From contig NZ_DASYHT010000003.1 of the NCBI RefSeq assembly GCF_035998205.1, forward strand, positions 110,921 through 174,920: 64,000 nucleotides of DNA, written 5' to 3'. Position numbers and translations under genes: made by a program. The notes beneath the pieces are model-generated. The model was not told the origin of the DNA. It made no database searches and was given only the letters and a program-made list of their open reading frames with translations. Positions 1 through 8,597 of this stretch are shown here, in pieces. Origin of the DNA: Brevundimonas sp. GTDB lineage: Bacteria; Pseudomonadota; Alphaproteobacteria; Caulobacterales; Caulobacteraceae. How positions within the stretch are numbered: the first letter of the stretch is position 1; each line of letters starts with the position of its first letter.

Positions 1-146
1 ATGCGCCAGACGCCCCGGTCCTCATCCTCCTCGAGGATGGAATAGGTCGCGCCCTCCAGCAGCGGGTCGGCGTCCAGACGGGCGGCGGCGGCCTCGGCGG
101 CGGCGCGGGGGCCGCGGGCGATTATTTGAACAGCGGACTCGGACAT
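1..146 (-). CDS. N-terminal 48 codons of a CDS truncated by the left window edge (function not assignable; only loosely PrmA-like)
   Basis: ATG at 146 on the minus strand, then an open high-GC3 frame to position 1: [48 protein letters not shown]. Too short to appear in the ORF track. Confidence 0.4.
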   Translation of the reverse strand, partial: MSESAVQIIARGPRAAAEAAAARLDADPLLEGATYSILEEDEDRGVWR

Positions 147-246
147 TTCTCAAACGCCGCTATCATCACGAATCGATGCAACCATTGGCCTGAGCCGCGC
201 AGGGGATTGCGGACGGGCCGGGATCGAACAAGGGGTCGGGGAATAC

Positions 247-807
247 ATGGCCAAATCACCTACTACGTCCAAGCCTGCCGCGTCCAAGGCGCCGGCTGCG
301 AAATCCACCGCCGCGAAGCCGAAGACGGCGCCGAAGGCTCCGGCCGCCGCCAAGGCCCCGGCCGCGAAGGCCGCCGCTGCCGCCAAGCCGGCCAAGGCTC
401 CGGCGACGAAGACCGCGGCGAAGCCCGCGGCCAAGGCGGCGGCGCCCAAGGCCGCCGCCAAGCCGGCCGCGAAGGCGGCTCCGGCCAAGGCCCCGGCCGC
501 CAAGGCCGCGCCGAAGGCCAAGACGGCCCCGAAGCCCGCCGCCAAGACGACCCCGGCCAAGGCCAGCGCGCCCAAGGCTGCGGCGAAGCCGGCCGCCAAG
601 GCGGCGCCGAAGGCTGCAGCAGCGCCCAAGGCCGCGGCTCCGGCCCCCGCGCCGAAGCCCGCGCCCGCGCCGGCCGCTGCGGCCCCCGCCCCGACGCCGG
701 CTCCGGCTCCGGCGCCCGCTCCAGCCGCCGCGCCTGCGCCGCGCGCCCCGGCGCCGAAGAAGGGCTTCCTGGCAAAGCTCGGCGACATGATCTTCGGCCA
801 GCGCTGA
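247..807 (+). CDS. Ala/Lys/Pro-rich basic low-complexity protein (histone H1-like / AlgP-like KPAA repeats) with an amphipathic C-terminal tail
   Basis: 186-aa ORF made almost entirely of A/K/P units (AAKPAAKAA), ending KKGFLAKLGDMIFGQR. Purine-rich motif just upstream of the ATG and a strong terminator directly downstream. Confidence 0.7.
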   Translation: MAKSPTTSKPAASKAPAAKSTAAKPKTAPKAPAAAKAPAAKAAAAAKPAKAPATKTAAKPAAKAAAPKAAAKPAAKAAPAKAPAAKAAPKAKTAPKPAAKTTPAKASAPKAAAKPAAKAAPKAAAAPKAAAPAPAPKPAPAPAAAAPAPTPAPAPAPAPAAAPAPRAPAPKKGFLAKLGDMIFGQR

Positions 808-835
808 GGGTCAGCCACAGGCCCGAAATGACGAC

Positions 836-873
836 GCCGGCCGGGGGAGGCTCCCCGGCCGGCGTTTTCGTTT
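836..873 (+). terminator. Rho-independent terminator of the AKP-rich gene
   Basis: GCCGGCCGGGG-GAGGCT-CCCCGGCCGGC stem-loop followed by GTTTTCGTTT. Confidence 0.8.
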
Positions 874-911
874 GCGATCGAAGGCAGGGCCCCGTCGCAG
901 GGTCGCACCGC

Positions 912-1124
912 TTACGCCGGCGGCAGGTCCTCGGCGAGGATGGCCATCTCGAACATGAACGAGCCGTCCTCGTCCTCGTCCTTGAAGACGACGCCGATGA
1001 ACTCGTCGCCGACATAGACCTCGGCGGAGTCGCCCTGCTTCGGGCGCGCCTTCACCTGGATGCCGCCGGTGTTGAAGGTGCGCTTGAGATGGCTCTCGAT
1101 GCGGCGAATGTCGGACTCGGTCAC
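912..1124 (-). CDS. DUF3126 family small protein
   Basis: 70 aa, MTESDIRRIESHLKRTFNTGGIQVKARPKQGDSAEVYVGDEFIGVVFKDEDEDGSFMFEMAILAEDL. Typical DUF3126 sequence and typical position next to cysE in alphaproteobacteria. Confidence 0.8.
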   Translation of the reverse strand: MTESDIRRIESHLKRTFNTGGIQVKARPKQGDSAEVYVGDEFIGVVFKDEDEDGSFMFEMAILAEDLPPA

Positions 1125-1199
1125 GGGACCTCGGGCTCCTTGTTTGCGAGCCGGGACCCTAGAGAAGCGGACGCGCCGAATAAACCCTGTGACGCACTT

Positions 1200-2021
1200 T
1201 CAGATCACGAAGTCGTAGACCACGTCGGCCAGCGTGTGGTCCATCGTGCGGGCCGGGGCGGCGTCCGTCGGGCAGTTGACCAGCCGCGCGGGCACCCCGG
1301 CGACGGTGCAGCCGGCCGGCACCGGCTTCAGCACCACCGAGCCCGACGCCACCTTGGCGTGGTCCCCGACGCTGATGTTGCCCAGCACCTTGGCCCCCGC
1401 GCCGAGCAGCACGCCGCGACCGATCTTGGGGTGGCGGTCGCCGCGCTCGGCCCCGGTGCCGCCGAGGGTCACGCCGTGCAGCATCGACACCTCGTCGCCG
1501 ACCACCGCCGTCTCGCCGATAACGATCCCGGTCCCGTGGTCGAGGAAGACGCCCGACCCGACCCGGGCCGCCGGATGGATGTCGACCTGGAAGAGCTCCG
1601 ACATGCGGCTCTGGAAGTGGAACGCCAGGGTCTCGCGCCCCTGCCCCCAAAGCCAGTGCGCCACCCGGTGCGCCTGCAGCGCCTGGAAGCCCTTGAAGTA
1701 GAGGAACGGCTGGATCAGCGACTTGATGGCCGGATCGCGCTCGGCGACGGCCTGCAGGTCCGCTTCGGCGGCGGCGACGATGCCGGCATCGGCGGCGAAC
1801 GCGGCCTCGCAGGTCTCGCGTACGCTCATGGCCCCGACCTCGGCATCGCCCAGCTTGCGCGCGATCTGGAAGCTCAGCGCATGGGCGAGGTCGCGGTGCG
1901 ACAGCACCGTGGCGTGCAGCAGCGAGCCCAGCTGCGGCTCGCGCCGGGCGGCGTCCTCGGCGGCGGCGTAGAGCTCGGCCCAGACGCCGCGGCGCGCGCT
2001 GATCACTTCCAGTTTGGCCAT
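1200..2021 (-). CDS. cysE: Serine O-acetyltransferase
   Basis: 273 aa. N-terminal SATase helical domain plus a left-handed hexapeptide-repeat C-terminus (GTGIVIGETAVVGDEVSMLHGVTLGGTG...RHPKIGRGVLLGAGAKVLGNISVG). Confidence 0.9.
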   Translation of the reverse strand: MAKLEVISARRGVWAELYAAAEDAARREPQLGSLLHATVLSHRDLAHALSFQIARKLGDAEVGAMSVRETCEAAFAADAGIVAAAEADLQAVAERDPAIKSLIQPFLYFKGFQALQAHRVAHWLWGQGRETLAFHFQSRMSELFQVDIHPAARVGSGVFLDHGTGIVIGETAVVGDEVSMLHGVTLGGTGAERGDRHPKIGRGVLLGAGAKVLGNISVGDHAKVASGSVVLKPVPAGCTVAGVPARLVNCPTDAAPARTMDHTLADVVYDFVI

Positions 2022-2042
2022 GACGGCTCCTTGCAGTCCGCC

Positions 2043-2699
2043 TCAGTCTACCCGGCTGAGCATGCCGTGGGAAAGCCACGCCGGCAGCAGCCCCTCGCGC
2101 GCCATGTGGTGAGCCTTCAGCGCCGTCGCCACCGTCATGACATCGCGCACCGTGCCGCGATCGATCTCGGCGATCAGCGACAGGAAGGGCACGCGCACGA
2201 TCCGCAGGTCCTCGGTCGGGTCCGGGGCGACCGGGGCCGGCGACAGCCCCCACGCCAGCCAGCACAGGGCGCGTTCGTCGGTGATGGAGTTGGACAGCTC
2301 CAGCTCCAGCACCTGACGCCAGTGGGCCGCGGTCAGACCGGCCTCCTCGGCCAGCTCGCGCTGCACCCCGGCCAGCGGATCCTCGCCCGGCGGCACCCCG
2401 CCTTCGGGCATCTCCCACGAGTAGCGCAGGGTGGCGAAGCGGTGCTGGCCCACCAGCGTCACCGTGCCGTCGTCGTGCAGCGGCAGCACCCCGGCCGCCA
2501 GGTTCCGCGGCCGCATCACCACATAGTCGGCCGGCGCGCCGGTGGGGGCGGTCGCCGCGTGCCGGGTCAGCCGCAGCCAGGGGTTCTCGAACACCGTCTC
2601 GCCGCCGCCATCACGCCAGCGCCGCCAGGGGCCCAGCCCCCCGGCCCAGCCGGGCTGCGGATCATCGTCGTGCGCACTCATGCGGTCGGTATGGCGCAA
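2043..2699 (-). CDS. NUDIX hydrolase
   Basis: 218 aa with a Nudix box GGVPPGEDPLAGVQRELAEEAGL. Confidence 0.8.
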   Translation of the reverse strand: MRHTDRMSAHDDDPQPGWAGGLGPWRRWRDGGGETVFENPWLRLTRHAATAPTGAPADYVVMRPRNLAAGVLPLHDDGTVTLVGQHRFATLRYSWEMPEGGVPPGEDPLAGVQRELAEEAGLTAAHWRQVLELELSNSITDERALCWLAWGLSPAPVAPDPTEDLRIVRVPFLSLIAEIDRGTVRDVMTVATALKAHHMAREGLLPAWLSHGMLSRVD

Positions 2700-2726
2700 G
2701 CGGCCCGCGACGCCTAGCTAGGCCGC

Positions 2727-3317
2727 ATGACAGACGCCACCCTCCCATCGCCCGTCGCCTCGCCCGAGCTGCAGGCCCGCCTCGCCACCCGCCGCTCCGC
2801 CCCGGCCCAGGCGCTCGGCGACCCTGGCCCCTCGGCGGCCGAGCTGGAGACGATCCTGACCCTGGGCGCCCGCACGCCGGACCACGGCAAGCTGTTCCCC
2901 TGGCGCTTCGTGGTGCTGGGCCGCGACAGCCGCGCCGGCATCGCCGCGCAGCTGGAGCCGCTGGCCGACCGCCAGCCCGACCCGAGGAAGGCGCGCGCCG
3001 TCCTCGCCAAGCTGACCGCGCCGCCGGTCACAGTGCTGGTCGTCTCGACCCCGGACGAGGGCCACAAGGTGCCCGTCTGGGAGCAGGAGCTGTCCGCCGG
3101 GGCGGTCTGCATGAACCTGGAGCACGCGGCCAACGCCTTTGGCCACGCCGCCAGCTGGATCACCGACTGGTACAGCTACGACGCCGACGCCGTGGCCCTG
3201 TTCGGCGTCGGCGCCGGCGAGCGCATCGCCGGTTTCATCCACATGGGCGCGGCCGCCGAGCCCCTGCTCGAACGCCCCCGCCCCGACCTGGCCGGGAAGG
3301 TGGAACGGCGGCCTTAG
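2727..3317 (+). CDS. Nitroreductase family protein
   Basis: 196 aa. RRSAP...LETILTLGARTPDHGKLFPWRFVVL is typical of the nitroreductase fold. Confidence 0.75.
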   Translation: MTDATLPSPVASPELQARLATRRSAPAQALGDPGPSAAELETILTLGARTPDHGKLFPWRFVVLGRDSRAGIAAQLEPLADRQPDPRKARAVLAKLTAPPVTVLVVSTPDEGHKVPVWEQELSAGAVCMNLEHAANAFGHAASWITDWYSYDADAVALFGVGAGERIAGFIHMGAAAEPLLERPRPDLAGKVERRP

Positions 3318-3338
3318 GCGGCGGGGCGACGCGCCTCT

Positions 3339-3486
3339 CCCTTCCCCCTCGATGGGGGAAGGGTCGGGATGGGGGTGGGTGCGCTGCCGACGACGAAGGC
3401 GCGCTCGAGGCGATACCGCCTCCTGCGCCATCTCACACGCGTTGCGGGTTCACCCCCTCCCAACCCTCCCCCCTTGAGGGGGAGGG
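3339..3486. repeat. GC-rich structured intergenic element bounded by two poly-C/poly-G hairpins (solo copy, same architecture as the DUF559-flanking repeats)
   Basis: Hairpin CCCTTCCCCC-TCGAT-GGGGGAAGGG at 3339-3363 and CCCTCCCCCC-TTGA-GGGGGAGGG at 3464-3486. The inner segments are partly complementary (GGGGGTGGGTG vs CACCCCCTCCC). Confidence 0.6.
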
Positions 3487-3572
3487 CATTCTTGGGCGCG
3501 CCTTTCCCCTTGTGCTCGCTGTGACCCCGCTGGCCCCCGGAGCGCAGACGCCAGCAGCCCGGGTGACAACCC

Positions 3573-4433
3573 TCAACCGGCCGCCGGCTCCGGCTCCGGC
3601 TTGCGGACCAGCGACACCAGCACGATCGAGATGATCATCAGCAGGAACCAGGCCCCGAGCTTGCCCAGCGACACCGGGCTCCAGCCATCGGCCTGGTCCG
3701 GGTAGGTCCAGGCCCGGGCGAAGGTGCCAATGTTCTCGGCGAACCAGATGAACAGGGCGACCAGGCCGTAGCCGAGCAGCAGCGGCATCGACCGCCGGCG
3801 CCGGTCCGGCGTGAAGTAGAACCAGCCCCGCCCGAACAGCAGCGCCGTCGCCGCGAACAGCGCCAGCCGCACGTCCGGCAGCCAGTGATGGGCGAAGAAG
3901 TTCACATAGATCGCCGACGCCAGTAGCCAGGTCGTCCACAGCGGCGGATAGTGGCGCACGCGGATGTCGAAGATGCGCTGCACCCGCGCGATGTAGCTGC
4001 CGACCGCCGCATACATGAAGCCGGAAAACAGCGGCACATCGCCGATCCGCAGCACGCTGGCCTCGGGATAGATCCACGAGCCGTGGTGGGTCTTGAACAG
4101 CTCCATCACCGTCCCGGCGAGGTGGAACAGGAAGATCACCCGCGCCTCCTCCCAGCTCTCCAGCCGGAAGGCGAGCATGGCGACCTGGATGGCCAGCGCA
4201 CCGAGCGCGAGAAAGTCGTAGCGGGCCAGCGGCGCGTTCTCCGGCCACCACAGGAAGGTGGCGAGGATCAGCGCCAGCAGCAGAGCGCCGAACAGGCACG
4301 CCCAGCCCTGCTTCAGGCCGAACATCAGCAGTTCGAACCCGTAGCGGGTCCATGCCCGTCGGTCGGCCCAGACCTGCACCCGGGCCAGCGACGCCCGCCC
4401 GAGGGCCTCCAGCGGCAGACGGTTGGAGGTCAC
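3573..4433 (-). CDS. DUF817 family integral membrane protein
   Basis: 286 aa, multi-TM, with the characteristic FIWFAENIGTFARAWTYPDQ segment. Confidence 0.75.
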   Translation of the reverse strand: MTSNRLPLEALGRASLARVQVWADRRAWTRYGFELLMFGLKQGWACLFGALLLALILATFLWWPENAPLARYDFLALGALAIQVAMLAFRLESWEEARVIFLFHLAGTVMELFKTHHGSWIYPEASVLRIGDVPLFSGFMYAAVGSYIARVQRIFDIRVRHYPPLWTTWLLASAIYVNFFAHHWLPDVRLALFAATALLFGRGWFYFTPDRRRRSMPLLLGYGLVALFIWFAENIGTFARAWTYPDQADGWSPVSLGKLGAWFLLMIISIVLVSLVRKPEPEPAAG

Positions 4434-4448
4434 GGCGGGCTCCCTTGT

Positions 4449-7094
4449 TCAGAAGCGTTGCGTCACGGTCAGGCTGACCAGCCGGCCGCGCGGGTCGGCG
4501 ACGACCGGATCATAGGCGAAAGCGAACTGCACGAGCGGCGGATCGCGGTCGGTCAGGTTGATCGCCTCCAGCCTAAGGTCCAGCCCCTCGCCCAGCGCCG
4601 CCCCGTAAGCGAAGTCGAACGTCGTCTGGCTGGCGATGTCCGTGCGCGTGATGCCGGCCCGGTCGTTGCGATAGCCGTGGGTGTAGCGGGCGGTCAGGCT
4701 GACCGTCTGCCCTGCCCCGCGCCAGCCCAGCGCCAGCCGCCCCTGGTTGCGCGGCATCGACCGGGCGAGGGTGTTGAGATTGGTCGAGCCGACCGCCGAC
4801 ACCGCCGGCGCCCCGGGGCTCAGGCGGATGTCGTGGCGGTCGATGTAGGTCCAGCGCAGGTCGGCCGAGACCGTCCCGCCCCACGCCGCGCGCCCCCAGC
4901 CGGCGGCCAGGTCCCAGCCCTGCGCCGTCACCGCCGAGGCGTTGAGGAAGCCCAGGCGCACCCCGGTCAGGGTCCCGCCGGGTCCCCGGCTGACCTGCCC
5001 CTGCGCCGCCGTGCCGGTCAGGCCCGCGGCCGTATCGCGCGCCGCCTGGTCGATCACGGCCTGCGCCGACTCCTTGACCACCAGATCGGTGGTCTCGAAG
5101 CGCCAGCCGTCCAGGGTCACCGTCAGCCCGCCGCCGGGGGCCCAGACCGCGCCGAGGCTGAGGTGCTCTGACCGCTCAGGCTTCAGGTCGGGATTGCCGG
5201 TCGTCAATGTATTGACGAAGACGAAGGCGCCCCGGTCGAACACCGAGGGCTGGGCCGCCTGGGCCCCGTCGGTGACGAACACCGAGGGGGCGCGGAAGGC
5301 GCGGCCCCAGGCCCCGCGCAGGGCCAGCCCGGGCGCCAGATCCCAGCGCGCCGCGACCTTGGGGCTGAGCGCGTCCTGATCCCCCTGCCGCTCGTGCCGC
5401 GCCGCCAGCTGCAGCTCCCAGGCGTCGCCCAACCGCGCCCGCGCTTCGGCGAACACCGCCGCGGCGCGCAGCCGCCCCTCGAAGTCCGGCGACTGGCCGG
5501 CGGTCAGCAGTTCCCCGGCGTTGACCAGATCACTCCAGTCGTGACGGAAGCGGCTCTCGCGCGCCTCGACGCCCAGCGCCAGATCCAGCGTCCCCCGGTT
5601 CCCCTCGGCCAGTCGTCGGTCGGCCTCGATCTCGATCGTGCTCAATCCCGCCGCGCCGCGCAGGCCGGTGGAGCCGATCAGGCTGTCGATCAGCTCCGGC
5701 GCATTGGCCGTGCCCGTCCCCAGCGTGGCGCTGCCGAACGGGTTGAACCAGCGGCACGGGCCGACGCCGGGCGTGCCGGCGGCGGGATCGCAACCGGCCC
5801 CGCCGAGGCCGTTCAGCGCCGCCTGCACCGCCGAGCCGATCACATCGGGCTTGTCATAGGCGACATGCTGACGGCTGACCGTCGCCGCCGCCGACCAGCG
5901 CCAGCCGGCCGCCTCGCCCGAGACGCCCCCGGCCAGCCGCCAGGTCTCATAGGCGAAGTCGGCGGTCGAGGCCCCCGCCTCGGCCCCCAGCAGCCGCCCG
6001 CGGAAGGTCACGGTCTCGCCGAAGGGATTGTCCGGATGCGTCGCCGGCACGGTCAGGGCCCGGGCGAGGATCGGCAGCGACGGCGACTGGCGGATGCGGG
6101 TGAAGGTGTCGGACGCGGCGACCTGGCCCCAGACCTCCAGGCCGCCCAGCGGCGCGCGCACCTCGGCGAAGACCTGGGTCCGGGTCTCCTCGGGCGCCAG
6201 ATCGAAGAAGTCCGAATAGTCGAGCCGGCAGAAGACGTCGGTCGCGCTGTTGCGGAAGGCCTTGGTGAACGTCGGGTCGCCGCACGCCGGGTCCGGGGCG
6301 AAGCCGCCGGTCGAGGGCCGGAAGTATGAGCCCGGCTGGCCATAGCTGGTCACCGCGGTCCAGCCGGCGCGGCCGTAGCGTTCCGCCTGGGGGAAGTCGC
6401 GCTCGTCGGTGGACAGGGCCGAGCGGTGGAAGTGCGCCGCCGCCACGGTCGCCGTGACGTCGCGCCAGCGCAGCCCGGCCAGGCCCTGCACCGTCGTCTC
6501 GCCGAAGCCGCGCCCGGCGGCATGGCCGACCTGCAGCTCCGGCCGCGTCACCTCGCGGCGGGTGATCAGGTTCATCACCCCGGCCACCGCATCCGAGCCA
6601 TAGACCGCCGAGGCCCCGTCCTTCAGCACCTCGACCCGTTCCAGCGCGATCGTCGGGACGAGCGAATTGAGGTCGACGAAGGCCGAGCCGTCCGGGGCGA
6701 TGGCGGCGCTGGTCGTCCAGCGCTGGCCGTCGACCAGCACCAGGGTCGCCCCCAGCCCGAGGTTCCTGAGATTGACCTGCGCCACGCCCGAGCTCTGCGG
6801 CGCATTCAGCTGGTCGACCCGCGCCTCGGACCCCGAGTTGGCGGTCAGCCGCGTCAGCAGCACGGAGGCGTCGCCGCCCAGCGTCCCGAGCGCCTCGCGC
6901 CCGATCACCTCCACCGGCGTCAGCCGCCCCGCCCCGGCGAGCCGCGAGCCGGTGACAACAAGGACGTCGACGGTGACGGGGTCGGCGTCAGGGCCTTGGG
7001 CGGGAGACCGGGGGCCGCTCTGGGCGACGGCAGGGCCCGCAGCGGCGAGCAGGGCCAGCGCCGCGGCGCCGGTCAGAATCGAACGAAGACACAT
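4449..7094 (-). CDS. TonB-dependent receptor
   Basis: Internal ATG at 7094 gives MCLRSILTGAAALALLAAAGPAVAQS (signal peptide), a TonB-box-like VDVLVVTGSR, plug motifs, a long beta-barrel and a terminal F. The ORF-track start at 7520 adds an R/G-rich extension judged spurious. Confidence 0.9.
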   Translation of the reverse strand: MCLRSILTGAAALALLAAAGPAVAQSGPRSPAQGPDADPVTVDVLVVTGSRLAGAGRLTPVEVIGREALGTLGGDASVLLTRLTANSGSEARVDQLNAPQSSGVAQVNLRNLGLGATLVLVDGQRWTTSAAIAPDGSAFVDLNSLVPTIALERVEVLKDGASAVYGSDAVAGVMNLITRREVTRPELQVGHAAGRGFGETTVQGLAGLRWRDVTATVAAAHFHRSALSTDERDFPQAERYGRAGWTAVTSYGQPGSYFRPSTGGFAPDPACGDPTFTKAFRNSATDVFCRLDYSDFFDLAPEETRTQVFAEVRAPLGGLEVWGQVAASDTFTRIRQSPSLPILARALTVPATHPDNPFGETVTFRGRLLGAEAGASTADFAYETWRLAGGVSGEAAGWRWSAAATVSRQHVAYDKPDVIGSAVQAALNGLGGAGCDPAAGTPGVGPCRWFNPFGSATLGTGTANAPELIDSLIGSTGLRGAAGLSTIEIEADRRLAEGNRGTLDLALGVEARESRFRHDWSDLVNAGELLTAGQSPDFEGRLRAAAVFAEARARLGDAWELQLAARHERQGDQDALSPKVAARWDLAPGLALRGAWGRAFRAPSVFVTDGAQAAQPSVFDRGAFVFVNTLTTGNPDLKPERSEHLSLGAVWAPGGGLTVTLDGWRFETTDLVVKESAQAVIDQAARDTAAGLTGTAAQGQVSRGPGGTLTGVRLGFLNASAVTAQGWDLAAGWGRAAWGGTVSADLRWTYIDRHDIRLSPGAPAVSAVGSTNLNTLARSMPRNQGRLALGWRGAGQTVSLTARYTHGYRNDRAGITRTDIASQTTFDFAYGAALGEGLDLRLEAINLTDRDPPLVQFAFAYDPVVADPRGRLVSLTVTQRF

Positions 7095-7175
7095 GCCGCG
7101 AGGCAGTAGGCGGCGGGCGGCGCGGGGGAAAGGGGAATGGTTGCCGCCCGGCCATCCGCAGCGCAACGTGCGCCG

Positions 7176-7478
7176 ATGCGCATCCTCGTCGCCGCCCTGT
7201 TGCTGCTGTCTGCCTGCGCGACCGGCCCCCGGCCCGGCCTTGACGAGGCGCAGCTCGCGGCGTTGGCGGCCGGGATTGAGACCGACTGCGGGCTTCAGCC
7301 GCGCTCCCTGCTTCGCGTGCAGAGCAACAGGTATCTGATGATCTGGCCCGCGCAGCCGTGGCCACCGGACTCTCGCCCCCTCGACGGCGCGGCGTTTGCA
7401 TGCATCAGCCGTAGCCTTGACGCCGCCGCCCTCGACGAGCGCGGCGTGCAGGTCATGCTGGTCGGGAGCTCGATCTGA
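7176..7478 (+). CDS. Small putative lipoprotein (hypothetical)
   Basis: MRILVAALLLLSAC lipobox when started at the internal ATG 7176 of ORF 7137..7478. High third-position GC throughout. Confidence 0.65.
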   Translation: MRILVAALLLLSACATGPRPGLDEAQLAALAAGIETDCGLQPRSLLRVQSNRYLMIWPAQPWPPDSRPLDGAAFACISRSLDAAALDERGVQVMLVGSSI

Positions 7479-7587
7479 CTGCACGGCCTTGGCGGCGGCT
7501 CCCCGATAGCCGCCGGCCATCCCCCACCGCGCTCACAGCGCCCTCACAATCCCTGATTGACTTCCACGCGTATCAGCGGTCGGATGG

Positions 7588-8577
7588 ATGCTGAGGCTGC
7601 AGTTCCACTTAGCACGGGTCCCGATCATGTCTGTCCTGCCGACATTGGGGATGACCGCGCTTCGTCTCCTCGGCGCCCTCGCCACGCCGCAGGACCCGCC
7701 GCCCCCCGCCACGCAGGTCGAGGAGGTGGTGGTCGTCGGGGAGCGCCTGCAGGCCACCGCCCAGACCTTTGTACGCGCCCTCGCCGCCCCGCCGCCGGGC
7801 CGCAAGGCGGCCGTCTGGGACGAGCCGCTTTGCGTCGGGGTCATCGGCATGCGGCCCGATCTGGCGCAACTCATGGTCGACCGCATCACGGCTGTGGCGC
7901 TGGACCTTGGCCTTCCGGCCAGTCGCCCGGGCTGCCGCCCCGACATCTTCATCGTCGCGGCCGCCGACGGCGACGCCATGGCGCGGGACCTTGTTCAAAG
8001 CCGGCCGGACGACTTCCGCCTCGGGATGTCGGGGACTGATCTCGGCGCAGCGGCCCTTGAAGTCTTTCAGAGCTCCGGTCGCCCCATCCGCTGGTGGCAT
8101 GTGAGCGTCGCCGTGAACGCCGGCACAGGCCGCCCGCTCCAGCGCCTGCCCGGACAGCCGCCGTTCGTGCCCCCACGGCGGATGGAAAGCCCTTCAGATT
8201 TCGGCCCCTATGGCAACATCGTGAGCCCGTCGCTGATCCGCGACGAAAGCCGCGACATTCTGGGCCGGGTCGTCATCGTGCTGGAGAGCTCGGCGCTGGA
8301 CCGGGCCAGCTTCGGCCAGATCAGCGACTACATCGCCATGGTGGCCCTGGCCCAGATCGATCCCGAGGCGGCACCCGAGGTGCCCTCGATCCTCAACCTG
8401 TTCCGCGACGCCCCGGCCGCCGAGCCGGGCCTGAGCGCCTGGGACCGCGCCTACCTCTCGGCCCTTTACCGCACCGATCAGAGCGCCGCGAACCCGGCCA
8501 CCAACCTCTCCACGATCGGCCGCGTCGTCGCCCGCGACCTGGCCGAGGCCGAGGCGACCGCAGCCCCGCCGGAGTGA
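7588..8577 (+). CDS. Conserved hypothetical secreted protein, paralog of 45674..46582 (TonB-box-like N-terminal motif)
   Basis: 329-aa ORF. Shares QVEEVVVVGER, PPPGR, C.G, PGC, RP.RWWHV, DYIA.VAL.QI and WDR.YL.ALY blocks with the 302-aa ORF at 45674. The true start may be ATG 7627 or later. Confidence 0.7.
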   Translation: MLRLQFHLARVPIMSVLPTLGMTALRLLGALATPQDPPPPATQVEEVVVVGERLQATAQTFVRALAAPPPGRKAAVWDEPLCVGVIGMRPDLAQLMVDRITAVALDLGLPASRPGCRPDIFIVAAADGDAMARDLVQSRPDDFRLGMSGTDLGAAALEVFQSSGRPIRWWHVSVAVNAGTGRPLQRLPGQPPFVPPRRMESPSDFGPYGNIVSPSLIRDESRDILGRVVIVLESSALDRASFGQISDYIAMVALAQIDPEAAPEVPSILNLFRDAPAAEPGLSAWDRAYLSALYRTDQSAANPATNLSTIGRVVARDLAEAEATAAPPE

Positions 8578-8597
8578 CCCCCTGCCCGGCCGCGCGC

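Noticed and set aside
247-807. Short tandem nucleotide repeats considered as a CRISPR or VNTR array
   Set aside because: The repeats are degenerate 9-27-nt coding units of an A/K/P protein, with no spacer-repeat regularity and no cas genes. It is not a CRISPR array.
126-2717. 863-aa plus-strand ORF spanning the AKP gene region, DUF3126, cysE and NUDIX loci
   Set aside because: R/G/A/P-rich nonsense-like translation that is antisense or out of frame to four well-supported genes. This is a typical long spurious ORF of high-GC DNA.
7095-7520. 142-codon N-terminal extension of the TonB-dependent receptor ORF
   Set aside because: The extension is R/G/Q-rich, precedes a perfect signal peptide at the internal ATG 7094, and overlaps a better-supported opposite-strand lipoprotein gene.
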